This document shows positions 45,970-55,800 of a stretch of DNA of 62,971 nucleotides, piece by piece; the stretch's first letter is position 1, and the number at the start of each line of letters is the position of its first letter. A program made the translations under genes and the position numbers. The stretch covers positions 1-62,971 of the forward strand of contig CALVMU010000004.1 of the NCBI GenBank assembly GCA_944348085.1, read 5' to 3'. Origin of the DNA: an uncultured Clostridia bacterium. Its GTDB lineage: Bacteria > Bacillota > Clostridia > Christensenellales > UBA1242. A model generated the notes under the pieces. It did no database searches. It saw nothing but the letters and a program-made list of their open reading frames with translations, and was not told the DNA's origin.

Positions 45970-47772
45970 TTATTTTAAGTTTTCAGCATAAAACATATTT
46001 TTAAATTTCACATTGTTTGTGAAAAGCTCGTCAAATGTGCCGACATCTTCGATTTTTCCATTTTCGAGGAAGAAAATTTGGTCAACATTTCGTATGGTTG
46101 AAAGTCGGTGCGCAACAATCACAATCGTGCTTTTTCCTTTCAAGCCATCAATTGACTTTTTGACCTCTTCTTGAGCAAAGTTGTCAAGCGAGCTTGTGCT
46201 TTCGTCAAAAATGATGATAGGTGAGTTGCGAAGAAGAGCCCTTGCAATCGCAAGTCGTTGCTTTTGACCACCAGAGAGTTTTATTCCGCTTTCACCAACC
46301 TTTGTGTTGATGCCTTTTGGCAGGGTGTCGATAAACTCTTTAAGAGAGGCTCGCGCGATTGCGTCCATAATCTCTTCATCCGTTGCATCTTTTTTGGCTA
46401 GAGTAAGATTTTCTTTTATTGTCATGTCAAAAATGTAAGGAAATTGATTTACCAGGCTTATTGCGCCTCGAAGAGAATGCTTGTCAAAATCGTTTATGTT
46501 TATTCCGTCAATAAGCACTTGCCCGTTGTCAACTTCATACATTTTGCTCATAAGATTTAAAATTGTTGACTTTCCACTTCCACTTTTTCCAACAAAAGCA
46601 ACTGTTGTGTTTGGTTTTATTTTGAAAGAAAGTTTGTCAAAAATGTTGTTTTCACTGACAAGTTTGCGCTCTGGTTTTGTTTTCTTTTTTGACTTTTCAT
46701 TTTTTGCAGGCACGGTTTCATATTCTCGGAAGGTGAACGACACATTTCGAAATTCAATTGCACCTTTGACTTTTTCTACATGCTTGTTGCCAAACCGTTC
46801 GCAGACAAATTCGTCATTGTCAAAAAGTCCAAACATTCTGTCGGTGCTTACTTTTATGTCAGTGATTGTGTTTGCAATCATGCCTATTCCCCAAATAAAT
46901 TGATAGAGCGAGCCATAGTTTGAGTAAATAATCATATAGGCAGCAAGGGTGAGCAGTCCAAGGTCAATAAACTTTATGCCCAAAATCAAGATGGCAATTG
47001 AGCCAATTTCAATCAAGGCATTTCGTGAAGAATAAAAATTCATGTCAACCATTTCGCTTTTGCGGTTGATTTTTTTGTAGTCGTCGTATGCGGTTTTTGA
47101 GATTTCGCTAAGTTTTTCCTCAAGTCCAAGAGATTTTATATCTTTTTCACTGCGGACAATTTCAGTTGTAAGCGAGTTGATATAGTCACTCTTTTTTCGC
47201 ACTTGCCATTTGTATTTGCGTCTGACTTTCTTTCTTTTAAGTTCAATCGCAAGACCAATCGCAATAAGAAGCAAAACAGCCAAACCAACATAAAGATTTA
47301 TTGTTGTGATATAGATCACTATGATGAGTGTTGAAACGACATCGAAAATAACATCCACCATGCCAGAAAGGCTTGTTACAACTCTTTCTGGGTCAGTCAC
47401 AATTCTCTGAACAAAAGTGCCAGTGTCATGGTCTGCATAGGTCTTTGAGTTAAGTTTGAAAGCTTGTTTTGCTAGGTCAAGATTGAGTTCTGCCATAATT
47501 TTGGTTGCATATTTTTGATAGATGACGCCAGAGAGATACCAACAAATTCTTTTGCCAACAGCAAGCGCAATAATGACAAGCAAATTTGTGATAGCTTCGC
47601 TGTAAAAACCAAGCGTTATGTTTTCAATTGCTTTTGCAAAAATGATTGTCGTAAAAATGCTACAAACAGATGCCAGAGCATAGACAAGCACATACAAAAA
47701 TATGCCAAACTTATAGCGCTTCAGATAGGTCGAAAGACCAATCTTTTTGTGTTTTTGCTTATTTTTTTGCAT
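45970..47772 (-). CDS. ABC exporter, fused permease/ATPase (MsbA/multidrug type)
   Basis: 600 aa: a 6-TM domain, then Walker A GKSGSGKST, the signature LSGGQKQR and Walker B IIIFDEST. Confidence 0.85.
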   Translation of the reverse strand: MQKNKQKHKKIGLSTYLKRYKFGIFLYVLVYALASVCSIFTTIIFAKAIENITLGFYSEAITNLLVIIALAVGKRICWYLSGVIYQKYATKIMAELNLDLAKQAFKLNSKTYADHDTGTFVQRIVTDPERVVTSLSGMVDVIFDVVSTLIIVIYITTINLYVGLAVLLLIAIGLAIELKRKKVRRKYKWQVRKKSDYINSLTTEIVRSEKDIKSLGLEEKLSEISKTAYDDYKKINRKSEMVDMNFYSSRNALIEIGSIAILILGIKFIDLGLLTLAAYMIIYSNYGSLYQFIWGIGMIANTITDIKVSTDRMFGLFDNDEFVCERFGNKHVEKVKGAIEFRNVSFTFREYETVPAKNEKSKKKTKPERKLVSENNIFDKLSFKIKPNTTVAFVGKSGSGKSTILNLMSKMYEVDNGQVLIDGININDFDKHSLRGAISLVNQFPYIFDMTIKENLTLAKKDATDEEIMDAIARASLKEFIDTLPKGINTKVGESGIKLSGGQKQRLAIARALLRNSPIIIFDESTSSLDNFAQEEVKKSIDGLKGKSTIVIVAHRLSTIRNVDQIFFLENGKIEDVGTFDELFTNNVKFKNMFYAENLK

Positions 47773-47829
47773 AAAAAAACCTCCATAAAATTTATGTGAG
47801 GGCCTCTTTTGTTTAATTAAAAATATTTA

Positions 47830-47895
47830 TTAAAAAACAAGTAAGGCGACCTCACGCCCATATTTAGTTGAGAAATTAACGATCATAGTGTTCAT
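47830..47895 (-). CDS. Candidate 21-aa leader peptide upstream of the ABC exporter (not in track)
   Basis: AAAGGAGGTG RBS 6 nt before the ATG. Peptide MNTMIVNFSTKYGREVALLVF. Its GTGAGG segment is complementary to a CCTCAC located just upstream of the exporter SD. Confidence 0.3.
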   Translation of the reverse strand: MNTMIVNFSTKYGREVALLVF

Positions 47896-47980
47896 TTGGT
47901 CACCTCCTTTTGTTAAATTTCGTTTTCTCTATTATTAAAATATAACAATATTTCAATTTTGTCAACACTTTTTTTCAAAA

Positions 47981-48007
47981 AAATAAAAAACAAGGTGAAG
48001 AACCTTG
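47981..48007 (-). terminator. Rho-independent terminator downstream of glnS
   Basis: Minus-sense CAAGGT-tcttc-ACCTTG followed by TTTTTTATTTTTTT. Confidence 0.65.
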
Positions 48008-48021
48008 CTTTTTGGTTGGTT

Positions 48022-49707
48022 TTATTGTTTATAGCCGTCTTTAAGTGAAATTGTGCTGTTGAAGATGTAATTATCCTTGGTGCTGTCTTTATCCATGCAG
48101 TAGTAGCCTTTGCGCATAAATTGAAATTTATCTTCAACCTTTGCCTCTTTCAAAAAGTTTTCAGCAAGTGCTTTTTTAGTGATCAATGAATTTGGCTCTA
48201 AAATATCCTCAATTTTCGCGCCGTCTGCAAGAGCTTTTGCAGGATTTGTAATTTCCCGTTTGATAAGGTTTTTAAATTCTCTGATTGTGATTTCAAAGCA
48301 ATTGTTTGCATTTACAAAATGGATTGTTCCTTTGCATTTTATTCCACTTGTGTCGTTTCCGCTCTGGCTTTCTGGAATATACTCACATTCAAGATGGTCA
48401 ATTTCACCATTTTCTTTGAAGATGACTTTGTTGCATTTGATGATATATGCGCCTTTAAGTCTTACAATTCCGCCTTCAACAAGTCTGTTGTATTTTGGTG
48501 GAGGATTGAGTGAAAAATCTTCCTTTTCAATATAGATAACCTTGCCAAATTTTGATTTGTGCATGCCAGCACTCTCATCATTTGGGTTGTTTTGAATTTC
48601 AAATTCTTCATCGTCACCTTGATAGTTTGTTATCACAACTTTTAAAGGATCAAGCACAACCATTGCGCGTGTTGCAATTTGGTTAAGGTCAGCGCGAACA
48701 TAGTATTCAAGGGCAGAATATGGAACGGTGACTTCCAAAACATTGCCCCAGCCAACAGATTTAACAAAATCTTTAAGCGCTTTTGCAGTGTAGCCTCGGC
48801 GTCTTACGCCAACAAGGGTAGGGAAACGAGGGTCATCCCAGCCACTTACTATGCCGTCATTTACAAATTGTTTTAAATAGCGTTTTCCAATCAATACATT
48901 TTCGATTGTAAGGCGAGAGAACTCTCTTTGTTTTGGTGGATATGGTTTTTTCCAGCCGTTATCAATAAACCACTCATAAAGAGGGCGGTGTTCATGAAAC
49001 TCCATTGAGCAGAGGCTGTATGTCACACCTTCAAGTGCGTCTTCAAGAGGGTGAGCAAAGTCATACATTGGATATATGCACCACTTGTCGCCAAGGCGAT
49101 AGTGCTTTGTGCGTGAAACGCGATACATAACAGGGTCTCGCATATTCATATTTGGATGTGCCATGTCAATCTTTGCGCGAAGTGTGGCTTTGCCGTCTTC
49201 AAACTTGCCAGCCCTCATGTCTCTGAAAAGTTTTAAGTTTTCTTCAGGTGTTCGGTTGCGATAAGGGCTTTCTTTGCCAGGTTCAGTCAAAGTTCCGCGG
49301 GTGGCAGAAACCTCTTCTGCTGAAAGCTCGCACACATAAGCCTTGCCGTCCATAATCATTTGCTCGGCTATTTTGTAGATGTCTTCAAAATATGCCTCAC
49401 TTGCATAGATGAGTTTGTCTGGCTTATAGCCAAGCCAAGCAAGGTCAGCAAGATAGCTGTCGGCAAACTCGCCATCTTCTTTTGATGGGTTGGTGTCGTC
49501 CATTCGAAGATAGGTTTTTCCACCAAACTTGATTGCTGTGTCAAAATCAATCGTCCAAGCTTTGACATGGGCAATGTGCCAGTAACCGCTTGGTTCTGGT
49601 GGACAACGAGTGATGACCTCTTTGTTTCGTCCTGATTTGAGGTCGGCAATGATTTCCTCTTCTAGCGCGTTTTCAGGAACAATTTTGTCTAAATCTATTT
49701 TTTTCAT
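48022..49707 (-). CDS. glnS: Glutamine--tRNA ligase
   Basis: 561 aa with CPPEPSGYWHIAHVKA (HIGH-type), LRMDDTNP and VGVRRRGYTAKAL, colinear with E. coli GlnRS. Confidence 0.88.
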   Translation of the reverse strand: MKKIDLDKIVPENALEEEIIADLKSGRNKEVITRCPPEPSGYWHIAHVKAWTIDFDTAIKFGGKTYLRMDDTNPSKEDGEFADSYLADLAWLGYKPDKLIYASEAYFEDIYKIAEQMIMDGKAYVCELSAEEVSATRGTLTEPGKESPYRNRTPEENLKLFRDMRAGKFEDGKATLRAKIDMAHPNMNMRDPVMYRVSRTKHYRLGDKWCIYPMYDFAHPLEDALEGVTYSLCSMEFHEHRPLYEWFIDNGWKKPYPPKQREFSRLTIENVLIGKRYLKQFVNDGIVSGWDDPRFPTLVGVRRRGYTAKALKDFVKSVGWGNVLEVTVPYSALEYYVRADLNQIATRAMVVLDPLKVVITNYQGDDEEFEIQNNPNDESAGMHKSKFGKVIYIEKEDFSLNPPPKYNRLVEGGIVRLKGAYIIKCNKVIFKENGEIDHLECEYIPESQSGNDTSGIKCKGTIHFVNANNCFEITIREFKNLIKREITNPAKALADGAKIEDILEPNSLITKKALAENFLKEAKVEDKFQFMRKGYYCMDKDSTKDNYIFNSTISLKDGYKQ

Positions 49708-49721
49708 CTTTTTCTCCTTGG

Positions 49722-49811
49722 GGCTATCAGAAAGCGGACGGCTCGTCCGCGCGCAAGGTGCTTCTTGCGCCCAAAATTTTGAAAACTTTCAAAATTTTGG
49801 TTCTGATAGCC
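49722..49811 (-). promoter_or_regulatory. Compact four-way-junction RNA/DNA structure forming the glnS 5' leader
   Basis: 11-bp closing stem (49722-49732 / 49801-49811) enclosing three abutting hairpins (7 bp at 49734-49750, 7 bp at 49751-49770, 13 bp at 49771-49800). The RBS AAGGAG lies 4 nt downstream. Confidence 0.55.
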
Positions 49812-49861
49812 TAGTTTAAGTAAACTATACCACAACAAACCTTTAAAAATAAAGAAAAATG

Positions 49862-50452
49862 CTATACATTTTTATTTTTTAGAAAAGAAAGTTTGTTTTT
49901 TATTCGGCTCAGCGCGTTATCAACGCTCTTTTTTGAAATATTGTTGGCGCTTGCAATTTCGCTGTAATTAAAACCTTTAAGATATGAAATCAAAATTTTA
50001 AGTTCAAGATTTGATAAGCTTGAAACAATCTTCTTTGTTATCGTCTTAAAATTCTCTTTATTCTCCACATTTTCGTCAGGCAAAGGTTCAGGTGAAGGCA
50101 AAACGATTTCAATTTCATCATCTTCTTCATCTGAAGGTTGTGATGATTCAATTGGAAGGGCAGTTGAAAGCACCATGTTTTTTTCAGAACTTGCAACTCG
50201 CACAGCAGATTGAATTTGATTTTTGATGCAAGTGTTTGCAAAAGTTTTGAAAGAGGCATTTTTTTCGGTGTTGTAGTTTTTTATAGCTTTATACAGACCA
50301 ATCATGCCTTCTTGCACCAAATCTTCGATATCGCCACCTGTCAAAAAATAACTTCGCGCAATTTTATTGACAAGAGGTTTGTAAAGTGAAAGCAATTTTT
50401 CCATTGCTTGAGCCTCTCCATGTTGGGCTTTTTCAATCAACTCCTTTTCCAT
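49862..50452 (-). CDS. sigH: RNA polymerase sigma factor, SigH-like
   Basis: 196 aa with region 2 DIEDLVQEGMIGLYKAIKNY and a region 4 HTH SYSEIASANNISKKSVDNALSRIKNK; mrnC-rlmB-sigH synteny as in Bacillus. Confidence 0.7.
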   Translation of the reverse strand: MEKELIEKAQHGEAQAMEKLLSLYKPLVNKIARSYFLTGGDIEDLVQEGMIGLYKAIKNYNTEKNASFKTFANTCIKNQIQSAVRVASSEKNMVLSTALPIESSQPSDEEDDEIEIVLPSPEPLPDENVENKENFKTITKKIVSSLSNLELKILISYLKGFNYSEIASANNISKKSVDNALSRIKNKLSFLKNKNV

Positions 50453-50453
50453 T

Positions 50454-51176
50454 TTATCCCTCGCGTTGTCTTAAAATTTCAAAGATGACAATTCCGCAGG
50501 CAACTGAGGCGTTGAGCGAATTGACATTGCCTTTAAGCGGAAGGGTGATAATGCCGTCACAATGACTTTTGACAACTGGTCTTATTCCGCTTCCTTCACT
50601 TCCAATAACAACAGCAATGTTTCTGTCAAGCTTCTGTTTATAGATGTTTTCGCCTCCAATTTCAGCGCCATAAACCCAAACGCCATTTTCTTTCAGCTCT
50701 TCAATTGCATCTTTGATGTTGCTGACTCTTGCAATCGGCATGTTTGCAATTGCGCCAGTGCTTGTCTTTATAACGGTTTCATTGACCTGAGCACATCTGT
50801 TTTTGCCAATGATGATTCCGTGCACGCCAGCGCATTCACAAGAACGAATGATTGCGCCAAAATTATGTGGGTCTTCAATGCCATCGAGAATGACAATAAA
50901 ATTCTGTTCATTTTTCTGTTTCGCAACTTGCAAAATCTTTTCAACTGAAGAATATTCAAAGTCCACAACCTCAGCAATATAGCCTTGATGATGGGATGTT
51001 TTGCTTTTTTTGTCAAGCACACTCTTTGGCAAAAATTCCACCTTTACCTTTTTTTCGAAAGCGGATTTTACAACATCGTCTTTTCTGTTTTCAAGCATTT
51101 TGTCAAAAATCACTTTATTGATTGTCATGTCGCTTTTTAAAGCTTCTCTAACAGCATTTCGTCCTTCAATAAGCAT
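50454..51176 (-). CDS. rlmB: 23S rRNA (guanosine-2'-O)-methyltransferase, SpoU/TrmH family
   Basis: 240 aa with LDGIEDPHNFGAIIRS, VVIGSEGSGI and SLNASVACGIV motifs. Confidence 0.8.
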   Translation of the reverse strand: MLIEGRNAVREALKSDMTINKVIFDKMLENRKDDVVKSAFEKKVKVEFLPKSVLDKKSKTSHHQGYIAEVVDFEYSSVEKILQVAKQKNEQNFIVILDGIEDPHNFGAIIRSCECAGVHGIIIGKNRCAQVNETVIKTSTGAIANMPIARVSNIKDAIEELKENGVWVYGAEIGGENIYKQKLDRNIAVVIGSEGSGIRPVVKSHCDGIITLPLKGNVNSLNASVACGIVIFEILRQREG

Positions 51177-51180
51177 TACT

Positions 51181-51573
51181 TTACTCCTCAGTTGTTGAAA
51201 TTTCTAAAATTTTGTTTAATCTTTCACCTTGTTCGGTCAAATAAAGATAGCCAATCAGCGCTTCAAAAGCTGTCGCCATTGAATAGTCGCGAGAACTTGC
51301 ATTTTTGGCAGAATGTTTTGGATGAGCATTTCGCGCGCGCCTTACAATTTCACTTTCCTTTTCGTTTAAAAGGGGAGTGATTTTTTCAAGCGCCTTGGCT
51401 TGAGCTGAAGCCTTGCAAAATTTGGAAGACAAACTGTGATAGTTTGCCATTTTTGAGTCTGTGCCAAGCAAAGTTTTTTCTCGCACAAAAAGCGTGTGAA
51501 CGCTGTCACCAAGAAAAGCAAGTGGCAACAGATTTGTCTTTTCAATTTTTGTCCAAATTTCTTTTTTGTCCAT
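51181..51573 (-). CDS. mrnC: Mini-ribonuclease 3
   Basis: 130 aa with LPLAFLGDSVHTLFVRE (RNase III-like signature) and conserved synteny. Confidence 0.8.
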   Translation of the reverse strand: MDKKEIWTKIEKTNLLPLAFLGDSVHTLFVREKTLLGTDSKMANYHSLSSKFCKASAQAKALEKITPLLNEKESEIVRRARNAHPKHSAKNASSRDYSMATAFEALIGYLYLTEQGERLNKILEISTTEE

Positions 51574-51608
51574 AATTTACAATTTTTTGCAGTTAATTCG
51601 ACTTTTGA

Positions 51609-52700
51609 TTAAACATTAAACCTAAACAGTATCACATCGCCATCACAGACCACATAGTCTTTGCCTTCCATGCGCACTTTTCCTTTCTCTTTGGCTTTCA
51701 AAAAAGAACCAGCTTCAACAAGGTCGCTATATGAAACAACTTCCGCTTTAATAAAGCCCTTTTCAAAGTCTGAATGGATTTTTCCAGCAGCTTGAGGTGC
51801 TTTTGTGCCTTTTTTGATTGTCCAAGCACGCACTTCCTTCTCGCCAGCAGTCAGATAGCTCATAAGTCCCAAAAGGTCATAGCTTGCAATCACAAGTTTT
51901 TCAAGACCACTTTGAGAAATGCCAAGCTCTTCCTTATACATTGCGCGCTCTTCTTTTGGAAGTGAAACAATCTCCTCTTCAATTCTCGCACAAAGACTGA
52001 TGCATTTTGAATGGTCTTTTTCGGCAAAAGCTTTGACTTGTTTTACAAATTCATTGTCCTCTTTGCCAATTTCATCTTCACCAATATTTGCAACATAAAT
52101 CACAGGTTTTGCTGTCAAAAGCTGAAGATTTTTCAAAACTGGCAGGTCGTCTTCTTCAAGTTCAACAGAACGCGCTGGCAAATTGTTTTCAAGTGCAGTT
52201 TTGATTTTTCGCATAAGATTGACGCTTTGAATAAGCGTTTTGTCGCCAGTTTTGATAAGTTTCTCATCTTTTTCAAGCTTTTTGCTTACTTGTTCAAGGT
52301 CAGCAAGGGCGAGCTCAAGATTGATGATTTCAATGTCTCGCAAAGGGTCAATGCTTCCGTTTACATGAATGATCTTTTCGTTTTTAAAGCATCTGACAAC
52401 ATGCACAATTGCATCAACTTCACGAATGTGGCTTAAAAATTTGTTACCAAGCCCTTCGCCGTGGCTCGCGCCAGCAACAAGACCAGCAATGTCAACAAAT
52501 TCGATTGAAGCAGGGGTGATTTTTTGAGTGTGATACATTTCCCCGAGCACATTAAGGCGCTTGTCAGGCACATCGACCACTCCAACATTTGGCTCAATCG
52601 TGCAGAAAGGGTAGTTTGCACTTTCAGCGCCCGCTTCGGTGATTGCATTAAAAAGTGTGCTTTTGCCAACATTTGGCAATCCAACAACTCCAATTTTCAT
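51609..52700 (-). CDS. ychF: Ribosome-binding ATPase YchF
   Basis: 363 aa with [25 protein letters not shown], and a C-terminal TGS-like domain. Confidence 0.9.
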   Translation of the reverse strand: MKIGVVGLPNVGKSTLFNAITEAGAESANYPFCTIEPNVGVVDVPDKRLNVLGEMYHTQKITPASIEFVDIAGLVAGASHGEGLGNKFLSHIREVDAIVHVVRCFKNEKIIHVNGSIDPLRDIEIINLELALADLEQVSKKLEKDEKLIKTGDKTLIQSVNLMRKIKTALENNLPARSVELEEDDLPVLKNLQLLTAKPVIYVANIGEDEIGKEDNEFVKQVKAFAEKDHSKCISLCARIEEEIVSLPKEERAMYKEELGISQSGLEKLVIASYDLLGLMSYLTAGEKEVRAWTIKKGTKAPQAAGKIHSDFEKGFIKAEVVSYSDLVEAGSFLKAKEKGKVRMEGKDYVVCDGDVILFRFNV

Positions 52701-52770
52701 AATTTTTCCTTTTAGCAGTAAGTTTTATTTAATTTTTTCTATTTTCAAAAGTTAAAATTCGATTTTTCTA

Positions 52771-52803
52771 AAAAGATTAAAGTGCATTTTTTCAATGCAC
52801 TTT
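52771..52803 (-). terminator. Rho-independent terminator downstream of the giant ORF
   Basis: 10-bp stem AAAGTGCATT/AATGCACTTT with a 5-nt loop and T-rich tails on both strands. Confidence 0.6.
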
Positions 52804-52808
52804 ATCTT

Positions 52809-55800
52809 TTATTTTTCTTCCTCTTCTTTGCCTATGTCTGCTTTGATGCGTTTGTCTTCAGCCTCTTGCTGATTTGCATACATAGCATCTGCAAATGCAG
52901 GTCCAGTCTTTTTGTCAGCAAGATCAGATTTTGCAACAGCTCTTGCAAATCTTCTAAAGAAACCGCCTTTTCGCTTTTTGTCCTTGTCGTTTTTCTTGAT
53001 TTCGTTTTCTTTCTTTAAAACATCTTCTTTGTCGCGTTTGATTTTTCTGTCATACTTATCTTTGATCTTTTTGCTCTTCTTTTCCCAAATTGCTTGCAAT
53101 TTTTCTTTAAGCTCAGCAGCGCTTCCAGTGTGAGAGAGTTTTAACTTTTTATATTCACCGACAAAATCGGCAATGTCTTTAAAGTAGGCATTTCTCATAA
53201 AGTCAGCATCACTATTAGTAGGCAGATATGCAAGTTTTGATTGCAGTTTTTTGATTTGTTCTTCAGAAAGTCCAAGTTTTCTAAGAATTTCGGCATCAAA
53301 ATCATCTTTACCAATCAGCGACATAACTTGTCTTATATTTAACAAATCTTTTGTTGATAAGCCAATTTCTTTGACTGTTTTTTCTGATGAATTTTTGAGG
53401 TTTATTTTTTTAAGCTTTTCTCTTACCTGTTTAACTTGTTCTTCTGTCATGCCAAGTTTTTTACGTAATTCGTCGTCTGTGATAGCAACAGAACCAATAA
53501 GCATCTGGATGTTTAGAATTGCGTTTTCAACATCTTCTTTAAGACCAAATGTTTCAATAGCTGTTTCATCAAGCTGTGTCAGTTTTTCAAGGTTCTGAGC
53601 AAAAGTTTCATAGTCAGAGTGTTGCAACAAGCTTTCTATGTTTTTAAACATTGCAAAGTCTCTTTCTGTTTGTTCAAGTTCTCGTTTTTGTGCAAGAGCC
53701 TTCTTTTCTTCCTTTGAAAGGATGCTTTCACTGTCAAGCGGGTCTGATTCAAAAGTATTTCTTTCTATAGTTCGACGAGTGCGTTTTACCTCATCTTCAA
53801 CAATTTCACCAGAAAGCACATCTTCTCGAGTTGAATATGCCCTGTTTGATGCTCTTCTTACAGCACTTTCTTCGAGGTCAATTCTGCCTTCAAAAGTTTC
53901 AATTTCTGTTGAATTTATGTCAAGTCCGTGAACAATAGGCACTCTTGATTTGAGTTCTTCTTCAATTGTTTTGTCTGTATAAAGTTTTTCAGTTTGTGCA
54001 ACTTCTTTAAGAGCCATATTGAAGATTTTTGCAGTGCTTTCTTTGCTATGTGTTTCTCTTAGCTTTTTCATAGATTGTTTGATTTTGACTCTTATTCGTC
54101 TTGGCAGGGTGGCAATCATATCTTGCATTGTTTTTGCTTCTTTTGCCTCTTTGCCGAGAGAGTCTGGCTCTGTTGTAAACTTTTCAACTTTGCCCAAGTC
54201 TGTGTATTCTTTGAGAGCCTCTTCCAAAGCTTTATCATCTGAAAGTTCTGTCACATTTCTGCGAGTGGCCTCAGCAATAAGTTCTTGTGTAAGAGAGCCA
54301 GTCATCTTGCCCAAAATGATTTTGTCGATTGTTTGATATATTTGATAGTCTCTGTTTTCCTCTGGATTTTCAGGTTTGTCTTTTAAACTATCATATTTTT
54401 CAGCAGCCAAAATTCGTTTATAGAGAAGATTGATTATTGCAATTTTTTCATCATTATTTTCAAGGCTTTCAATATGTTTCTTTAAAGACAATCCTTCTTT
54501 TTTATGAGTTTTATCAAAGTCAGAAACATATGTTGCAATTGGTTTCTTAAGTTCAATTTTTCCATCTTTTTTGAAAGTGATATATTTTTTGGTTGTGACA
54601 CCTTCAGCCAAATGAGAAGCAAAGTTTTCATAATTTGAGCTTTCGTCAACTTTCTCTGCTAAAGTTTTTTGTTGTTTAAGAATATCATTAAATGCTTGAA
54701 GACGCTCGTCACCTGCGCAGAATTTATCAACGTCAGTATATTTTTTTGAAATTTCAGTCAAAATCTCATCAAGGCTCTTCTCAGCAAGCTCTTTTCTGCG
54801 TTTTGTCTCGGTGACAACGCGTTTATCAAAATCTTCCTCTGTGCTTGCATCCATTTCACGTTTAACGATTTGATCAATAAATGCCTGTCTGATGTGTGCG
54901 TTTACAGCCTTGCTTGTGAAAGAGTTTCCTTCGCTGCCTTGAGGCATCTTTCCGCTTGCATAGTAACCTTCCCAAATTTCATCCAAAATGCCAGAGTTTT
55001 CAATAGCTTGATGATAATCTTTAAGTGCTGGTTGGACTGGGTCAGAGGTGAGCATATCTGAAATCATATCTCCAAAAGTCGGTTCAGGTCTTCCTGTTAC
55101 GCCGGTTACAATTTGGTAAGAGCGAGCGTTCATCAAATCGTTTGCATTTGTCAAGCCGAAAGAGCAGTCTTGCCTGATCATAAAGTCATGAACATTTTCG
55201 CTTGCATTTTCAAAGCTTGGATTGTTTTCTTCTTTGCCTTTCATTTGTGATGATTGATAAATTGCTTTTGCGTAAGTTCTTACACTTTCAAGTTCTCGAG
55301 TTTTCTTTACAGCCGTGTAGACATCTTTGTGCAAGAGAGCCATTGACCTGTCGAGTTTGCTTGCTTGATATTGAATTTTTCTGGCAGCATAATCTCTCAT
55401 GTCTTCTGGCAAGTGTTCGAGAATTTTATCAATAATAACAACAGGGTTTTTGTTTTGTGAGAGCATTTTTCTTGTGATAATATCGCTATATCTGTCAAAG
55501 AGTGCTCTTTTGCGCGTGTCGTCCTTTTCTTCTCTGAAAATTTGCACAACCATAAAATAGTCTTGGTCTGAAACAAATTGATTTAAATTTTGTCTCTTTT
55601 CTGCATAATCCATTGCGCTTGCTTGATAAGGTTCAAGTTTTTTTCTAAACTCGGTCATAGATTCGATTTTTTCGTCGCTTCCAAAAAGCTCTCCCTTTAT
55701 CTCAGCAACTTTTTTATCTCTCATTTGACCAGAGTGCTCGGTTGCATATGCTCGAATTTTAACCCCTTTTTCGGTTTCAGTTCCTGTTGATTTGGCTATG

